DNA of 64,000 bases from Octopus bimaculoides (GCF_001194135.2 NC_068982.1:126604799-126668798); one strand, 5' to 3'; shown: positions 48,986-62,124, numbered from the stretch's first letter. The notes: generated from the letters alone by a model not told the origin. Numbers and translations are program-made.

Positions 48986-50136
48986 CCACACTCTCAGAGC
49001 ATCCACTCCGCTGTACATACATACATACATGCACATACACACATATATGTATGTGATGTCTTCATGCTTGTCCTACACCACTTACCACCCAGTTTTAGCT
49101 TGTTTTTGTCCTCATAACTTGTTTGGAAAAAGACACTGATAAAATAAATATCAGGTTTAAGAAGAATAAGTACTGAAGCTGATTTGTTCGACAAAATCTT
49201 TGAAGGTGGTGCCCCAGTTTGGACGTAATCTAATGATTGAGACAAGTAAAAGAATAAAAGAATACATGAAAACCACTTCCCTGTAGTTTACATAGGAGTA
49301 AAATAGCTGACCACGTGCCATCAGTAATGACAGCTGATTGTAGTATTTTATATATTAATAAGGTACAAAATAAGGTACATAATAATCACACATACAAGCA
49401 TTCACATGCTTCCCTTGTACATGCACACACATACATACATATACTCACACAGAGTTGAAACGCTGATTTTTTTTTCACTCTTTTCTTCCTTATTCATCTA
49501 TCACCCCTTCCTTTCTCTCATTGCTATTACTTTCTCTCACTCCCTCTCAGTCAGGGCTATTACTCTCACTACTTCTCCTTCACTGAATTACTATTTTCTC
49601 TCTTCCACATGGTTGGTGAGCAAACTTCTTAACTACACATCCATGCCTGCACCTTATGTAATATTTGTATATTATTTGAAAAACTAATTTCATAGCAATA
49701 AATACAAAAGCTATGAAGTAAAATTTGAAGTCTGCCATGTCCATGAAGAATCTCTAGTTTTGTTTTTAGCTCTTTAAATAAGCTGGGGCAAGTGTAGATA
49801 TTCTTGGGTCAAGAATTCTATTTCTTCCAAAAGTAGATGTTTCGGCATGGCTGTTTTGACGCTACTTATTTGACATCGCTGATTCGACATTGACTTATTT
49901 GACATCAGATGTGTCAATGCTTCTCTGGCTCTCTCTCTCACACCACCCTCCCTCTCTCTCTCCATGTTTATGTGTGTAAGCTTATTTCTTTTTTTATGTG
50001 TTTGTGGAGAGGGAAGGTGTTCAAGTAAATAGTGTTCAATGAAATTGTAGTCTCTCTCTCTTTCATTATTCTTAACTGTATGTAATTATTTCTACACAAG
50101 CACACACATGTGTGTGTGTTTGTGTGTGTGATTATT

Positions 50137-50625
50137 CTTTTACTTGTTTTAGTCATTTGACTGGCCATGTTGGAGCACTGCCATAAAGAGTTTTTAGTCA
50201 ATGAGATCAACCCCCAAAGACTTCTTTGTAAACCTAGTACCTATTTTATCAGAGACTTTTGCTGAACTGCTAAGTTATGAGGATGTAAATACACCAACAT
50301 CGGTTGTGAAGCAATGGTGGGGTGATAAAACACAAAGTGATGGTGTGGGGAGCAAACACAGACACAAGGACACATACATAAGTATATACATATATATGTA
50401 TACATATATATGTATATGTATACATACACACACACACACACACATATATATACACGACAGGATTCTTTCAGTTTCCATCCACCAAATTCACTCACAAGGT
50501 TTTAGTTGGCCTGAGGCTATAGTAGGCTATAGTAGAAAAGACTTGCTCAAGGTGCTACACAGAGGGACTGAACCCAGAACCATGTGGTTGGGAAGCAAGC
50601 TTCTTACCACACAGCCATACCTGCA
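50137..50625 (-). mobile_element. Family B SINE
   Basis: Collinear with 52478-52883. Confidence 0.88.
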
Positions 50626-50903
50626 CGTGTTTGACTATGTTTGTTTGTTTTCATTTTTAAACATAGGGTCACCAAAAATAGGCCGAACATTCAGTTAGCT
50701 GTGCCATGCCAAGCAGCTGCACCCAACTGTCTCATTTCAGTCTCCAAAGCATCAACCAATTTGCTATGCTTTGAGCAGAATCCTGAGTTTTTAAATAGAC
50801 TAACTTAGCTCAGAAAATTTCTTTATTATTCATCCTATGACTACATAAATTCAGTTTGAATTACAGACCTAGAAATGAGAATCTTGAAGCTATCTTCTCT
50901 TAC

Positions 50904-51013
50904 ATTTGTGTTAGAAACAATAAGCAGCTTGATATATCTATTATGGTAACAGAATTTCTTGAAACTGCTTCAGAGAAATACAATCCGTACACACCACATC
51001 TTTCTAATTCTGC
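50904..51013 (-). CDS. Candidate exon (AELERCGVYGLYFSEAVSRNSVTIIDISSCLLFLTQ)
   Basis: 110 nt, strong acceptor ctgcttacattttgcag, donor gtaaga, only one open frame. Confidence 0.45.
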
Positions 51014-51194
51014 CTGCAAAATGTAAGCAGACATTTCTCACCCAAAGCTGCATCACGCTGGATTTCTTCTGTCATGCTCACTTGTTCTTACAAAACTACC
51101 ATTAACCTTCAATACTCCAAAACAAAATATTTATCGCACTAAGATCACATGTCCCTGCGAGGCTTCCATTCTTTTTATAGATATTACTGCAGTT

Positions 51195-51690
51195 GCTCTC
51201 GACATCGTCGTCATCATCATCATCATCAACATCATTACCACCACCACCATCATCATCATTACCACCACCACCACCACCACCACCACTATTGTCATCATCA
51301 TCATGGTCGTTGATAGTGTCTCCGTCATCATCACCATCAAAGTCATCATCAGCATTATCATCATTACCACCTCCACTACTGCCACCACCGTCAGCATCAT
51401 CATCATCATCATCATCCTCAAAGTCATCATTATCATCGTCATTGTCGTTGATGTAGTCTTCATCATCATCATCATTATAAGTGTCATCATAACAAGCAAT
51501 GCCTCAACTACCACACCACAACCACCACTGCCACTATGATCGTCGTCATCATCATCATCATCATCAATCGTCATCTATCGTCATCTTCATCATCATGATC
51601 AACATCATCTTCCTCCTCCTCCTCCTCCTCCTCCTCCTCCTCATCATCATCATCATCATCATCATCGTCGTCATCATTGTCATCTTCCTC
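51195..51690. repeat. Long degenerate (CAT/CAC/CCT)n tract
   Basis: Directly visible. Confidence 0.95.
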
Positions 51691-52029
51691 ATAGCAATGA
51701 ACAAAACATTTCTTAAAAGAGCAAAAATCAGCAAGCCACCACTTAACAGCACCGTTCGGTTTATTTTTCACCAGAGAGTAGAAACGATATTTTCAAAGCT
51801 TTAATTCCGATTTTAAGTTTTTTTCTATTTTTTTAAAAGATTCTTTTTGAATGTTGTATTCCTTACAAGTTCCCTGAACATTTTGCTTCATACAGATATG
51901 GTTACAAGGCTTGAAAAAAAAAATTATTGCAATACAAATACTTCATCTCAAAAGATATCAATTATAAATATTTTATACTTAAATTCAGAATAATTCTTGT
52001 TGTGTCTTGGGAAGGTCATTATGCCAACA

Positions 52030-52398
52030 ATAACAAGAGCACTCAGAGAGCGCAAACCTCTGTCAAGGCAACACCAACGTCCTCTCAACGATTAGCCAGA
52101 GATGATTTTTAAAATGAGAATATCTGAAATAAACTCAACTGCTCTCCCAAATGGGAATCCTAAAAATGAACTTGACCACTCTCAAAAATTAAGTAAAAAA
52201 ACAGGAAAAATAATCCAGAACCTTTGTCCAGTACCGGATCAATCCCAAAATCTAATCAGTATGTGCTACTGACGAGGTCAAACATCCTTGAAAGTTTCAT
52301 CTGAATCCATCCAGTGGTTCTTGAGATATCTTGTCCACGGACAAACAAACAAACATGACTGCAAACAATACCTCCGCCTTTGCTAAGGTGGAGGTAAT
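52030..52398. mobile_element. Helentron/HINE-like non-autonomous element (best copy)
   Basis: aacaagagcactcagagagcgcaaacctctgtcaagg..(aaac)n..acctccgcctttgctaaggtggaggtaat terminal stem-loop. Confidence 0.78.
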
Positions 52399-52477
52399 GA
52401 CACATGCACTGATTCCATATCATTTCTTTATTGTTAGTCAATTAGTTTAATATGTAACCAACTAACTTTTCAATTCT

Positions 52478-52883
52478 TTTACTCTTTTACTTGTTTCAGT
52501 CATATGACTGCGGCCATGCTGGAGCACCGCTTTTAGTTGAGCAAATCGACCCCGGAACTTATTCTTTGTAAGCCTAGTACTTATTCTATCGGTGTCTTTT
52601 GCCGAACCGCTAAGTGACGGGGACATAAACACACCAGCATCGGTTGTCAAGCAGTGCTAGGGGGACAAACACAGACACACAAACATATGCACACACATAC
52701 ACATATATATATGCATATATACGACGGGCTTCTTTCAGTTTCCGTCTACCAAATCCACTCACAAGGCTTTGGTCGGCCTGAGGCTATAGTAGAAGACACT
52801 TGCCCAAGGTGCCACGCAGTGGGACTGAACCTGGAACCATGTGGTTGGTAAGCAAGCTACTTACCACACAGCCACTCCTGCGC
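52478..52883 (-). mobile_element. Family B SINE, near-consensus copy (CpG-rich)
   Basis: Full head, internal microsatellite and tail ending (ttttactc)2. Confidence 0.95.
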
Positions 52884-53174
52884 ATGGTTAAACAATTAAT
52901 TGGTTGTTTGTTAGTGAAAGTCCTTTCGTTGCTATTTGCGACATCTTCAAGGACGTGCCCTCTCTCATCAAGGTTTGCTCTGAATCTGTTCAAGAATTAG
53001 TTTTATACCAATGTGTGTGTGTGTGTGTNNNNNNNNNNNNNNNNNNNNNNNNNNNNNNNNNNNNNNNNNNNNNNNNNNNNNNNNNNNNNNNNNNNNNNNN
53101 NNNNNNNNNNNNNNNNNNNNNNNNNNNNNNNNNNNNNNNNNNNNNNNATATAAGGGAAATAATTTGCTTATTTG

Positions 53175-53545
53175 GTATTAATAATAATTTCAAATTTTGG
53201 CACAAGGCCAACAAGTTCAGGAGAGGAGAGGGGTTAATTCGATTACATGAATCCCAGTATTTGACTGGTACTTATTTTTATCAAACCCCACAAAATATGA
53301 AAGGCAAAGTTGATCTCAGAGAGATTCGAATTGAGAACATAAAGACAGATGAAATGCCACTAAATGCCTGGCCTGCTAACAATTCTTATTTCTTTACTGC
53401 TCACAAGGGGCTAAACATAGAGGGGACAAACAAGAACAGACAAAGGGATTAAGTCGACCTTGGCGGAATTTGAACTCAGAACGTAACGGCAGACGAAATA
53501 CCGCTAAGCATTTCGCCTGGCGTGCTAACGTTTCTGCCAGTTGGC
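53175..53545 (-). mobile_element. Two adjacent family C SINE copies
   Basis: 53175-53370 diverged; 53385-53545 with gtcgaccttggcggaatttgaactcagaacg..gctaacgtttctgccag. Confidence 0.85.
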
Positions 53546-53594
53546 CTGCTAGCAATTCTAGTAGCTCACTACTTTTGATTTAGTATAAATAATA

Positions 53595-54959
53595 CCATAT
53601 ATACTCAAGTAATAGTCGATCTCATGTAAAAGTTGACACCCTATTCTAGGCCAAAAAATTGGTGATTTTCCATACACCCCGCATACAAGTCAACCCTAGT
53701 ATTTCACGAACAACAGGACAACATTTGTGGGTTGAGGCACTGTTTTATCCTGTACGTAGAAATAGCACTGTTGCAAAATTATGTGGCTACCTTACTGTAG
53801 CCTGCTCTATTGATGGAATGCTTGGTGCTTATAATGGAATACTTGGTGCTTATAAGTAAAACACCATTTAATAGCGAGCACTACACATTTGTTGATGGGT
53901 GCTACATCACCATTACTAAAAGAAGGCACAGGATATGCTGCAAGCCTGCATACATCTTCAAGCGCAATAAACACATGCATCATACACTCGTTATTTACAT
54001 GGTGAGAAACATGTTTCACAGAGAGCACTATTGATGTTGGCAGTCCATCGGTTACGACATCAAGGGTTCCAGTTGATCCGATCAACGGAACAGCCTGCTT
54101 GTGAAATTAACGTGCAAGTGGCTGAGCACTCCACAGACACGTGTACCATTAATGTAGTTCTCAGGGATATTCAGCGTGACACAGTGTGACAAGGTTGACC
54201 CTTTGAATTACAGGCACAACAGAAACAGGAAGTAAGAGTGAGAGAAAGTTGTGGTGGAAGAGTACAGCAGGGTTTGCCACCATCCCCTGCCGGAGCCTCG
54301 TGGAGCTTTAGGTGTTTTCACTCAATAAACACTCACAACGTCCGGTCTGGGAATCGAAACCGCGATCCTATGACCGCGAATCCACTGCCCTAACCACTGG
54401 GCCATTGCACCTCCACTTGCACTATTGATGAACAGTGGCAAACCACACTGTTTGAATTCGTACAAAGGCATGACTTTGGTAAGCCTAAAAACATTCAATT
54501 AATTGCTAGATCAGTGGTTACCATGTGACCTTCATATTTTCATCATCTCCAAATACAATAAACACATACGTCATATGCTCGTCTGTTTACATGGTGAGAA
54601 ACATGTTTCAAACAGTAGTATTAGCGAACAGCAAACACCACTGCACCTGACATCCTGCAACTTTTTTTTTTTAAAGAGAAAGTGCAAATATTTATAAGAG
54701 CTACGCAGTCTTGTTTATGGGTTTTGTTATTTACTAGGACATGTGTTTTGATGCATAGAATTGGTAATATTACAGTAATTCATTGTGTTCTTGTTTTCAT
54801 TCGTTTAGAGATCAATTGGGTTTCTGCTGCTGGTACAGTACTTCAGATTCTAGCTTGAATTTCAGCCCCTCAAAAGTAGTATCCATGTAATAGTCGACCC
54901 CATAAATTTGACCCTAAAAAATGGTCTAAAAAATTCGACTTTTACATGAGTATATAAAG
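53595..54959. mobile_element. pogo/Tigger-like non-autonomous DNA transposon, TA-flanked, with nested SINE
   Basis: TA|ccatatatactcaagtaatagtcga ... tcgacttttacatgagtatataaag|TA; subterminal (a/g)tagtcga-like repeats. Confidence 0.65.
54037..54418 (-). mobile_element. Family E SINE, full length, 12-bp TSD
   Basis: Reverse complement of 18679-19057; TSD gcactattgatg at 54025-54036 and 54419-54430. Confidence 0.93.
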
Positions 54960-55033
54960 TAGCTTTCATCTAGCAATAACCACACCTCAGATAACTCTCA
55001 CTGGCTATGGTACCACTTCTGCTTTTAATTTGG

Positions 55034-55034
<1 letters not shown>

Positions 55035-55092
<58 letters not shown>

Positions 55093-55358
55093 GTTTAACG
55101 TCCGCTTTCCATGCTAGCTTGGGTTGGACGGTTTGACTGAGGACTGGCAAGCCAGAAGGCTGCACCAGGCTCCAATCTGATCCGGCAGAGTTTCTACAGC
55201 TGGATGCCCTTCCTAACGCCAACCACTCTGAGAGTGTAGCGGATGCTTTTACATGCCTCCGGCATGAGGGCCAGTCACACAGTACTGGCAACGGCCATGC
55301 TCAAAAAGGTGTTTTTTACGTGCCACCTGCACGGGAGCCAGTCCAGCGGCACTGACAA
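55035..55358 (-). mobile_element. Family A 3' end with (CAT)n tail
   Basis: Near-consensus terminal 150 bp. Confidence 0.92.
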
Positions 55359-55379
55359 CATAAATAATAATAATAATCA

Positions 55380-55585
55380 TTCCTACTATAGGCACAGTGA
55401 CTGAAGTTCTTAGGGGATTAGTTGATTACAAGGACCTGGTACTTGGCTGGTACTTATTTTATCAACTCCGAAAGGATGAAAGGCTAAGATATCCTTGCCA
55501 GAATTTGAACTCAGAACATAAAAACCCTGAAGAAATGCCACCAAGCACTGTCCAGTGTGTTAATGATTCTGCTAGCTCACCATCT
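55380..55585 (-). mobile_element. Family C SINE, diverged
   Basis: ggtacttattttatcaactccgaaaggatgaaagg..gaatttgaactcagaac. Confidence 0.8.
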
Positions 55586-55589
55586 TAAT

Positions 55590-56118
55590 AACAATGATAA
55601 AAATGATCCACAGATCTAGTTGCTTCTGCCAAATGTCCTCCTTCAAATGCTTCAAAACATCACAGAAGTACTCTTGACTGATGGTCTGGCCCTGGGAGAT
55701 GAATTCTCGATGCACAATACTGCAGATTTCACAAAGAACAATGAGCATGCTCTTGATTGAGCTGTGGCTCTGTCGCGCTTTCTGAAGCACCATTGTCACT
55801 CGAAGCATTGTTTACGGCCCATTGCCTCATCACCATGAGCTCGCTGAAGCATACTCAATGTCTCGGTAGCAGCATTCCCAAGTTTAATGCAAAATTTCAT
55901 GTTGGCTTTTTGTTCCAACTTTGTTCCAAAATCACAGACCACAGCATACATGTGATCACGAAAACACAAGTTTCACAACTAGCAAAGTAAACACAATCAT
56001 GCCACTTGACACACTGCCTCATGAAGGTCACTGCTTGCTCTCACTGTGCACAGAATTGTGTGCTGCCATCTCTTGGCATGCTACAGAACCAGTCCAGGAA
56101 CTTTTTGATACCACCTTG
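55590..56118 (-). pseudogene. Internally deleted mariner transposase remnant with left TIR
   Basis: EQKANMKFCIKLGNAATETLSMLQRAHGDEAMGRKQCFE (HTH) joined to SIKSMLIVL..IVHREFISQGQTISQEYFCDVLKHLKEDIWQKQLDLW; TA|caaggtggtatcaaaaagttcc. Confidence 0.88.
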
Positions 56119-56133
56119 TATATAAATTCACAC

Positions 56134-56545
56134 ATCATCATCATCATCATCATCATCATCGTTTAACGTTCGCTTTCCATGCTAGCATGAACGATTTGAC
56201 TGAGGACTGGTGAACCAGATGGCTACACCAGACTCCGATCTGATCTGACAGAGTTCCTACAGCTGGATGCCCTTCCTAACGATAACCACTCCGAGAGTGT
56301 AGTGGGTGCTTTTACGTACCACCAGCACGAGGGCCAGTGACACGGTACTGGCAACGGCCATGCTCTAAAAGGTGTTTTCTACGTGTCACCTGCACGGGAG
56401 CCAGTCCAGCAGCACTGGCAATGACCTCGCTTGAATGATTTTCTAATGTGCCACCAGTGCTGGAAGGCAACACTAGTAACGATTACGCTCAAATGGTGCT
56501 ATTTACAGGCCACTAGCATGGAAACCAGACAACTGCTCTGGCACA
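56134..56545 (-). mobile_element. Family A 3' end
   Basis: Same variant as 108-540. Confidence 0.9.
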
Positions 56546-57744
56546 CATACATATATATTTACATGCACATATATGTATGGTTATGCTCTCAGATCTCGCA
56601 CTCTCAACACAGTGAAACATTGGAAAATTCTAAAATGATGTGCCTCACTCAAGGACACAACACACCACCCAGTTCAGGAAGTGTACCCACGACCTTATGA
56701 TTGGTGAGCAAGAAACTTTAATGACCAAACCACAGTCCTTAGTGTAATATAAGAATCTAAAAACCAAAAATTCAAGATGTGTTGCTAGACCATAATATGC
56801 AGAATTCAAGAGATTCGTCTTTTAAAATAGCACATTTGGGCTGGTTCTCTATTCTTTTTTTTTTTGTTACCTTATCACCTTTTCTTAAAGAAAGGGCTTA
56901 AATTTTAGGGGAAAAAGGGGCTAAACTTTAGTAGTGTTTGTACCTTTCTTAATGACCTGAAATTTATCCAATTTAAGTGCTGCTGCTGCAGCAGCTCATG
57001 ATGATGATGATGATGAGGATGGTGGTGGTGGTGGTGGTGCTGGTGGTGGTGGTGGTGATGATGAGAAGGATGATGATGATGTTGATATTTATCTTTGTCA
57101 CTGAACTCCACACATTTCCGACACCTATAGTCCTCTGCCAGCTGGAGGGCATCCAGAGATTAAGTGATTTTTATTTGTGAAAGCAAAATTAAAGTATAAA
57201 TATTCTATATTATCTCTTTAGACAAAAAATGAAAAAAAAAAAAAAAAAAANNNNNNNNNNNNNNNNNNNNNNNNNNNNNNNNNNNNNNNNNNNNNNNNNN
57301 NNNNNNNNNNNNNNNNNNNNNNNNNNNNNNNNNNNNNNNNNNNNNNNNNNNNNNNNNNNNNNNNNNNNNNNNNNNNNNNNNNNNNNNNNNNNNNNNNNNN
57401 NNNNNNNNNNNNNNNNNNNNNNNNNNNNNNNNNNNNNNNNNNNNNNNNNNNNNNNNNNNNNNNNNNNNNNNNNNNNNNNNNNNNNNNNNNNNNNNNNNNN
57501 NNNNNNNNNNNNNNNNNNNNNNNNNNNNNNNNNNNNNNNNNNNNNNNNNNNNNNNNNNNNNNNNNNNNNNNNNNNNNNNNNNNNNNNNNNNNNNNNNNNN
57601 NNNNNNNNNNNNNNNNNNNNNNNNNNNNNNNNNNNNNNNNNNNNNNNNNNNNNNNNNNNNNNNNNNNNNNNNNNNNNNNNNNNNNNNNNNNNNNNNNNNN
57701 NNNNNNNNNNNNNNNNNNNNNNNNNNNNNNNNNNNNNNNNNNNN

Positions 57745-57768
57745 NCACACACACATACAGGTATACTT

Positions 57769-57827
<59 letters not shown>

Positions 57828-58186
57828 TGTATATTTACATGTATACACACATACAGGTATACTTACATACACACACACACATGCATACTTATATGTACAC
57901 ACTCACACACACACACACACAAACACACACATATGCAGGTACACACACACGCACACACTTGTATACTCAGATATATACATTCGTATATGTATACTTACAT
58001 GTACACACACACACACACACACATACAGACATGTATACTCACACATGTATACTTACATGTATGCACACACACATACAGGTATACTTACATATATATACAA
58101 ACACATGTATACTTACATGTACACACATGCACACAAGTATACTTACACACACACACACACAAACACACAAACACACACACACACAC

Positions 58187-58251
<65 letters not shown>

Positions 58252-58445
58252 CGCACACAAACACACACACACAAATATACAACAGGCATCCACACAATTT
58301 TTGTCAACTAAATTCCCTCTCAAGGCATTGGTTAGCCCATGGTTACAGTAAAAGACACTAACTCAAGGTGCCACATAGCAGGACTGAACTTGAAACCTTG
58401 TTCTTGTACTTAAACTTCTTGACCACCCAACCAGGCCTGCACCTA
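57745..58445 (-). repeat. Long (CA/TA)n complex tract ending in a family B SINE head (58270-58445)
   Basis: Directly visible; caactaaattccc..aggactgaacttg. Confidence 0.8.
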
Positions 58446-58554
58446 TCTGTGAAAAGGTTAACTGTTTTTGTTTTAATGTCATTATCATTTATTCATAAAG
58501 GCTTATCAGGTAGAAAAAGGCAATGTCCATGATTCTTTATTTTTTTCAAGAAGG

Positions 58555-58880
58555 AGGCAATGATTGGCTTCATGGAGGCAATGACAAATGACCGAGACCT
58601 TTGGCAATATGCTATGCTCAAGAAGAAAACCCATCAAGCCAAGTGAAATTGTACTCATGATAGATACTGGTGTCACACAAATGGCACCCATGCTTGTGGT
58701 ACATAAAAGCGCCCATCACACACTTGGAGTGGTTGGCATTAGGGATGACATCTAACGATAGAAACCATGCCAAATCAGACTGGAGTCTGTTGCAGCCCCT
58801 CAGCTTACCAGCCCTGGTCAAACCATTTAACCTGTACCAGCGTGGACAATGGATGCTAAATGATGATTATGATGATGATG
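58555..58880 (+). mobile_element. Family A: ORF2 last codons plus internally deleted 3'UTR
   Basis: gaggcaatgacaaatgaccgagacctttggcaatatgct..caagccaagtga, then the terminal motif. Confidence 0.82.
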
Positions 58881-58902
58881 AAGGAAGACAAAGAAGTTAT
58901 CC

Positions 58903-59133
58903 TTAACCCTTTTGATGTCAACCAACCTCAGGTTGCTCATGGTTCTACAATTTGAATTTTGTTTTAGAAGGGTCAAATTTAAAACTTTCAATCCAAAATT
59001 TACATGAATGTATGTCCCTAACACCAGCTTTGTCATTATAACAAAATCATTTTACTAAATACTACTTTATTTTCAGAATTAATTGCAACAATGGCAGTGA
59101 ATTTCAACAGAAATATGGTAACAAAAAGATTAA
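58903..59133. mobile_element. piggyBac-like MITE with TTAA at both ends
   Basis: TTAA|cccttttgatg ... gtaacaaaaaga|TTAA. Confidence 0.55.
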
Positions 59134-59249
59134 ATGGGAGACATGATCCAAATGCACTCAAAGAGAAGGTATGAAACCAGGTGATGTTTCAAGTTTACCA
59201 CACAAGAACTCAGAATGCAATGCATCAGAACAGATACTACAAGACATAC

Positions 59250-59293
59250 CATCTGATTCTTTAATAATTTGGTCAATCCAGCATCCTTGCATA
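59250..59293 (-). CDS. Candidate exon (xCKDAGLTKLLKNQM)
   Basis: Donor atg|gtatgt, phase-compatible with 50904-51013; acceptor mediocre. Confidence 0.25.
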
Positions 59294-59496
59294 CTACTTT
59301 AAATCACAGAACCAAATGAATGAAAGAAAACTGACCTTGGTGAGATCAGAAGTAGGAGCAGAAATAGTAGGAGAAAATGCTGAAAGGCATTTTGTTCAAA
59401 GATCTAATGTTTCTGCCAATTTTCTGCCTTAATTGAAATTATTTGAACCATAAAGACACTTAAGAATGAACTTCAGCGAATAGAAATTCAAACATA

Positions 59497-59795
59497 ACCA
59501 GGGATGATTTTTAAAATGAAAATATCTAAAATAAACTCAACTGCTCTCACAAATTAGAATACTAAAAATGAACTTGACCACTCTCAAAAATTAAGTAAAT
59601 AAACAGGAGAAATAATTCAGAATCCTTGTCCAGTACTGGATTGATCCAAAAATCTAATCAGTTTGTGCCAGTCATGAGGCCAAACATCCCTAAAAGTTTC
59701 ATCCAAATCCATCCAGTGGTTCTTGAGATATCTTGTCCATGGATAAAGAAACATGAATGAAAACAATATCTCCACCTTCGCTAAGGCAGAGGATA
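59497..59795. mobile_element. Helentron/HINE-like element, truncated
   Basis: Near-identical to 52100-52398. Confidence 0.75.
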
Positions 59796-59804
59796 TAATG
59801 AGTT

Positions 59805-60290
59805 CAAATTATGGCACAAGGTCAGCATTTAGCAGGGAGGGGATGAGTTGATTATATCGACCCCAGTGTTCAGCTGGTACTTATTTTATTGACCCCGGAA
59901 GGATGAAAGGCAAAGTCAAACTCAGCAGCATTTGAAGACAGATGAAATACCACTAAGCATTTTGTCCGGCCTGGTAATGAGTCTACCAGCTTAGCTCCTT
60001 AAATTTAAATATAAACATTGATAATTGTTTAGGAGGGCATTAGGCCAGCAATTTTGTGACCCCAGTACATGACTGGTACTTCATTTTATTGAGTCTGAAA
60101 GGATGAATAATAATGATGATCTTGATCGGATTTGAACTTGACATGATTCAGAAGAGGAGCAAGTTGATTACATCAACCCCAGTGATCAACTGCTACTTAT
60201 TTTATTGACCCTCAAACGATGAAAGGAAAAGTCGACCCCAATGGCATTTGAACCCAGAACGTAAACGTGGATGAAATGCTGCTATACATT
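59805..60290 (-). mobile_element. Cluster of 2-3 family C SINE copies
   Basis: gacccc..ggatgaaaggcaaagtc repeated at ~59890 and ~60210. Confidence 0.8.
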
Positions 60291-60577
60291 TTTTGATGAA
60301 GATGACAATGATGATGACGATGATGATGATTGTATGACACTGCCCCAGACCTTCCAGATAAACGTTTTATTCTATTTGCTGGTAAATACTAAGGTAGAAG
60401 CATGGTTGCATGGCTAAGAAGCTTGCTTTGATTTTAGATTCAATCCCACTGCATGGCACCTTTTGGTGAATGTCTTCAACATTAACCTTGGGCTGATCAT
60501 TGCCTTGTGCATAAATTTGGTAAATGGAAACTGCATGGAAGACCATCATATCTATCTATCTATCTATCTATCTACCT

Positions 60578-60629
<52 letters not shown>

Positions 60630-60769
60630 CAAGGGTAAAAAACACAACAAATGGAAATCGTCAAAACATATATATATATATATATANNNNNNNNNNNNNN
60701 NNNNNNNNNNNNNNNNNNNNNNNNNNNNNNNNNNNNNNNNNNNNNNTCAACATAATTATCATTATTGTT

Positions 60770-60985
60770 TAACATCCGCTTTCCATGCTGGCATGGGTTG
60801 GACGCTTTCACTGAGGACTGGCAAGCCAGGAGGCTGCACTAGGCTCTAATCTGATCTGGCAAGGTTTCTACAGCTGGAAGCCCTTCCTAACATCAACTAT
60901 TCTGAAAGTGTAGTGGGTGCTTTTTGTGTGTCATCAGCATGGGGGCCATGCAGGTGACACTGGCATCAACCACACCACTGGCATC
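60770..60985 (-). mobile_element. Family A 3' end
   Basis: gtttaacatccgctttccatgctggcatgggttgg.. Confidence 0.88.
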
Positions 60986-61250
60986 AATACATATATATAT
61001 ATATATATAAATGAAAAAATGTATTGTAAATAAACAGCGACAGGGTAAAAAAATTAACAATGTATAGTGAGTGTACAACTGGTCGGGAGACAGACACAGA
61101 AGGTCTCTAATTCTTCATCAGTTATCAAGCAGTTTCATACCATGCATGTGTCTGAGTGTATTTGTGTTCATCCCTGCTGCCATAGCCTGACACTGGTGTT
61201 GGTTTGTTTACATCCCTTTAAATTAGCCATTCAGAAAAAGAGACTGATAA

Positions 61251-61481
61251 GGCGGCAAGCTGCCAGAAACGTTAGCATGCTGTGTGAAATGCTTAGCGGT
61301 GTTTCGTCTGCCTTTACATTCTGAGTTCAAATTCTGCCGAGGTCGACTTTGCCTTTCATCCCTTTGGGGTCGATAAATTAAGTACCAGTTATGCACTGGA
61401 GTCAATCTAATTGACCTAATCCCTTTGTCTCTCCTTGTTTGTCCCCTCTATGTTTAGCCCTTTGTGGGCAATAAATAAACA
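61251..61481 (+). mobile_element. Family C SINE nested in a family B SINE, 18-bp TSD
   Basis: TSD agaaaaagagactgataa at 61233-61250 and 61482-61499; host B tail spans ~61145-61615. Confidence 0.93.
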
Positions 61482-62124
61482 AGAAAAAGAGACTGATAAA
61501 ATAAGTACCTGATTTAAAAAGAAAAATAAGCACCGGGCTTGATGTGTTCGACTAAAACCCTTCAGAGTGGTTCCCTAGAATGGCTGCAGTCCAATGACTG
61601 AAACAAGTTAGAGAAGAAAGGAGAAATGTTGGCTCTATCAGTATAGAAGTATGATTTAACTATAGTTGATTGTATGCCAACTATTCCACCTTGGCAAACT
61701 CTTCAGTGACATTTCATAGCATTGGTTTTATCATTGGTTTTATCATTACTGTTTGTACAACTGTTCAGTGAATTCAAAGACTGCCTTTGTGTGTTGTTCA
61801 CTGCTTCATTGTATCTGTCTATCTGCTAAACTTCTGTCTTAGTCTGTGTCATTCATTTCAGTGTTACACATCCACCCCACACACACACACTCTCTCTCTC
61901 ATGACTACTCTTCCCGTCTCTTTATCTATTCAATTCCCTGAACATACGTGCGTTTGTGTTTGTGTGTGTGTGTATGCATATCACATATGTATTTACATAG
62001 ACACACACATATTCTCTCTGTCTCTGTCCTTCTGTCTCTCTTTCTCTTCCCCTCTCTATATCACTCCCCCTTCTCTCTATATCTTCTTACCTCTTTGTAT
62101 ATATATATATATATATATATAAAA

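Noticed and set aside
61085-61125. Second possible hammerhead (minus-strand ctgatgaag)
   Set aside because: No stem II or GAAA follows; only the first box is present.
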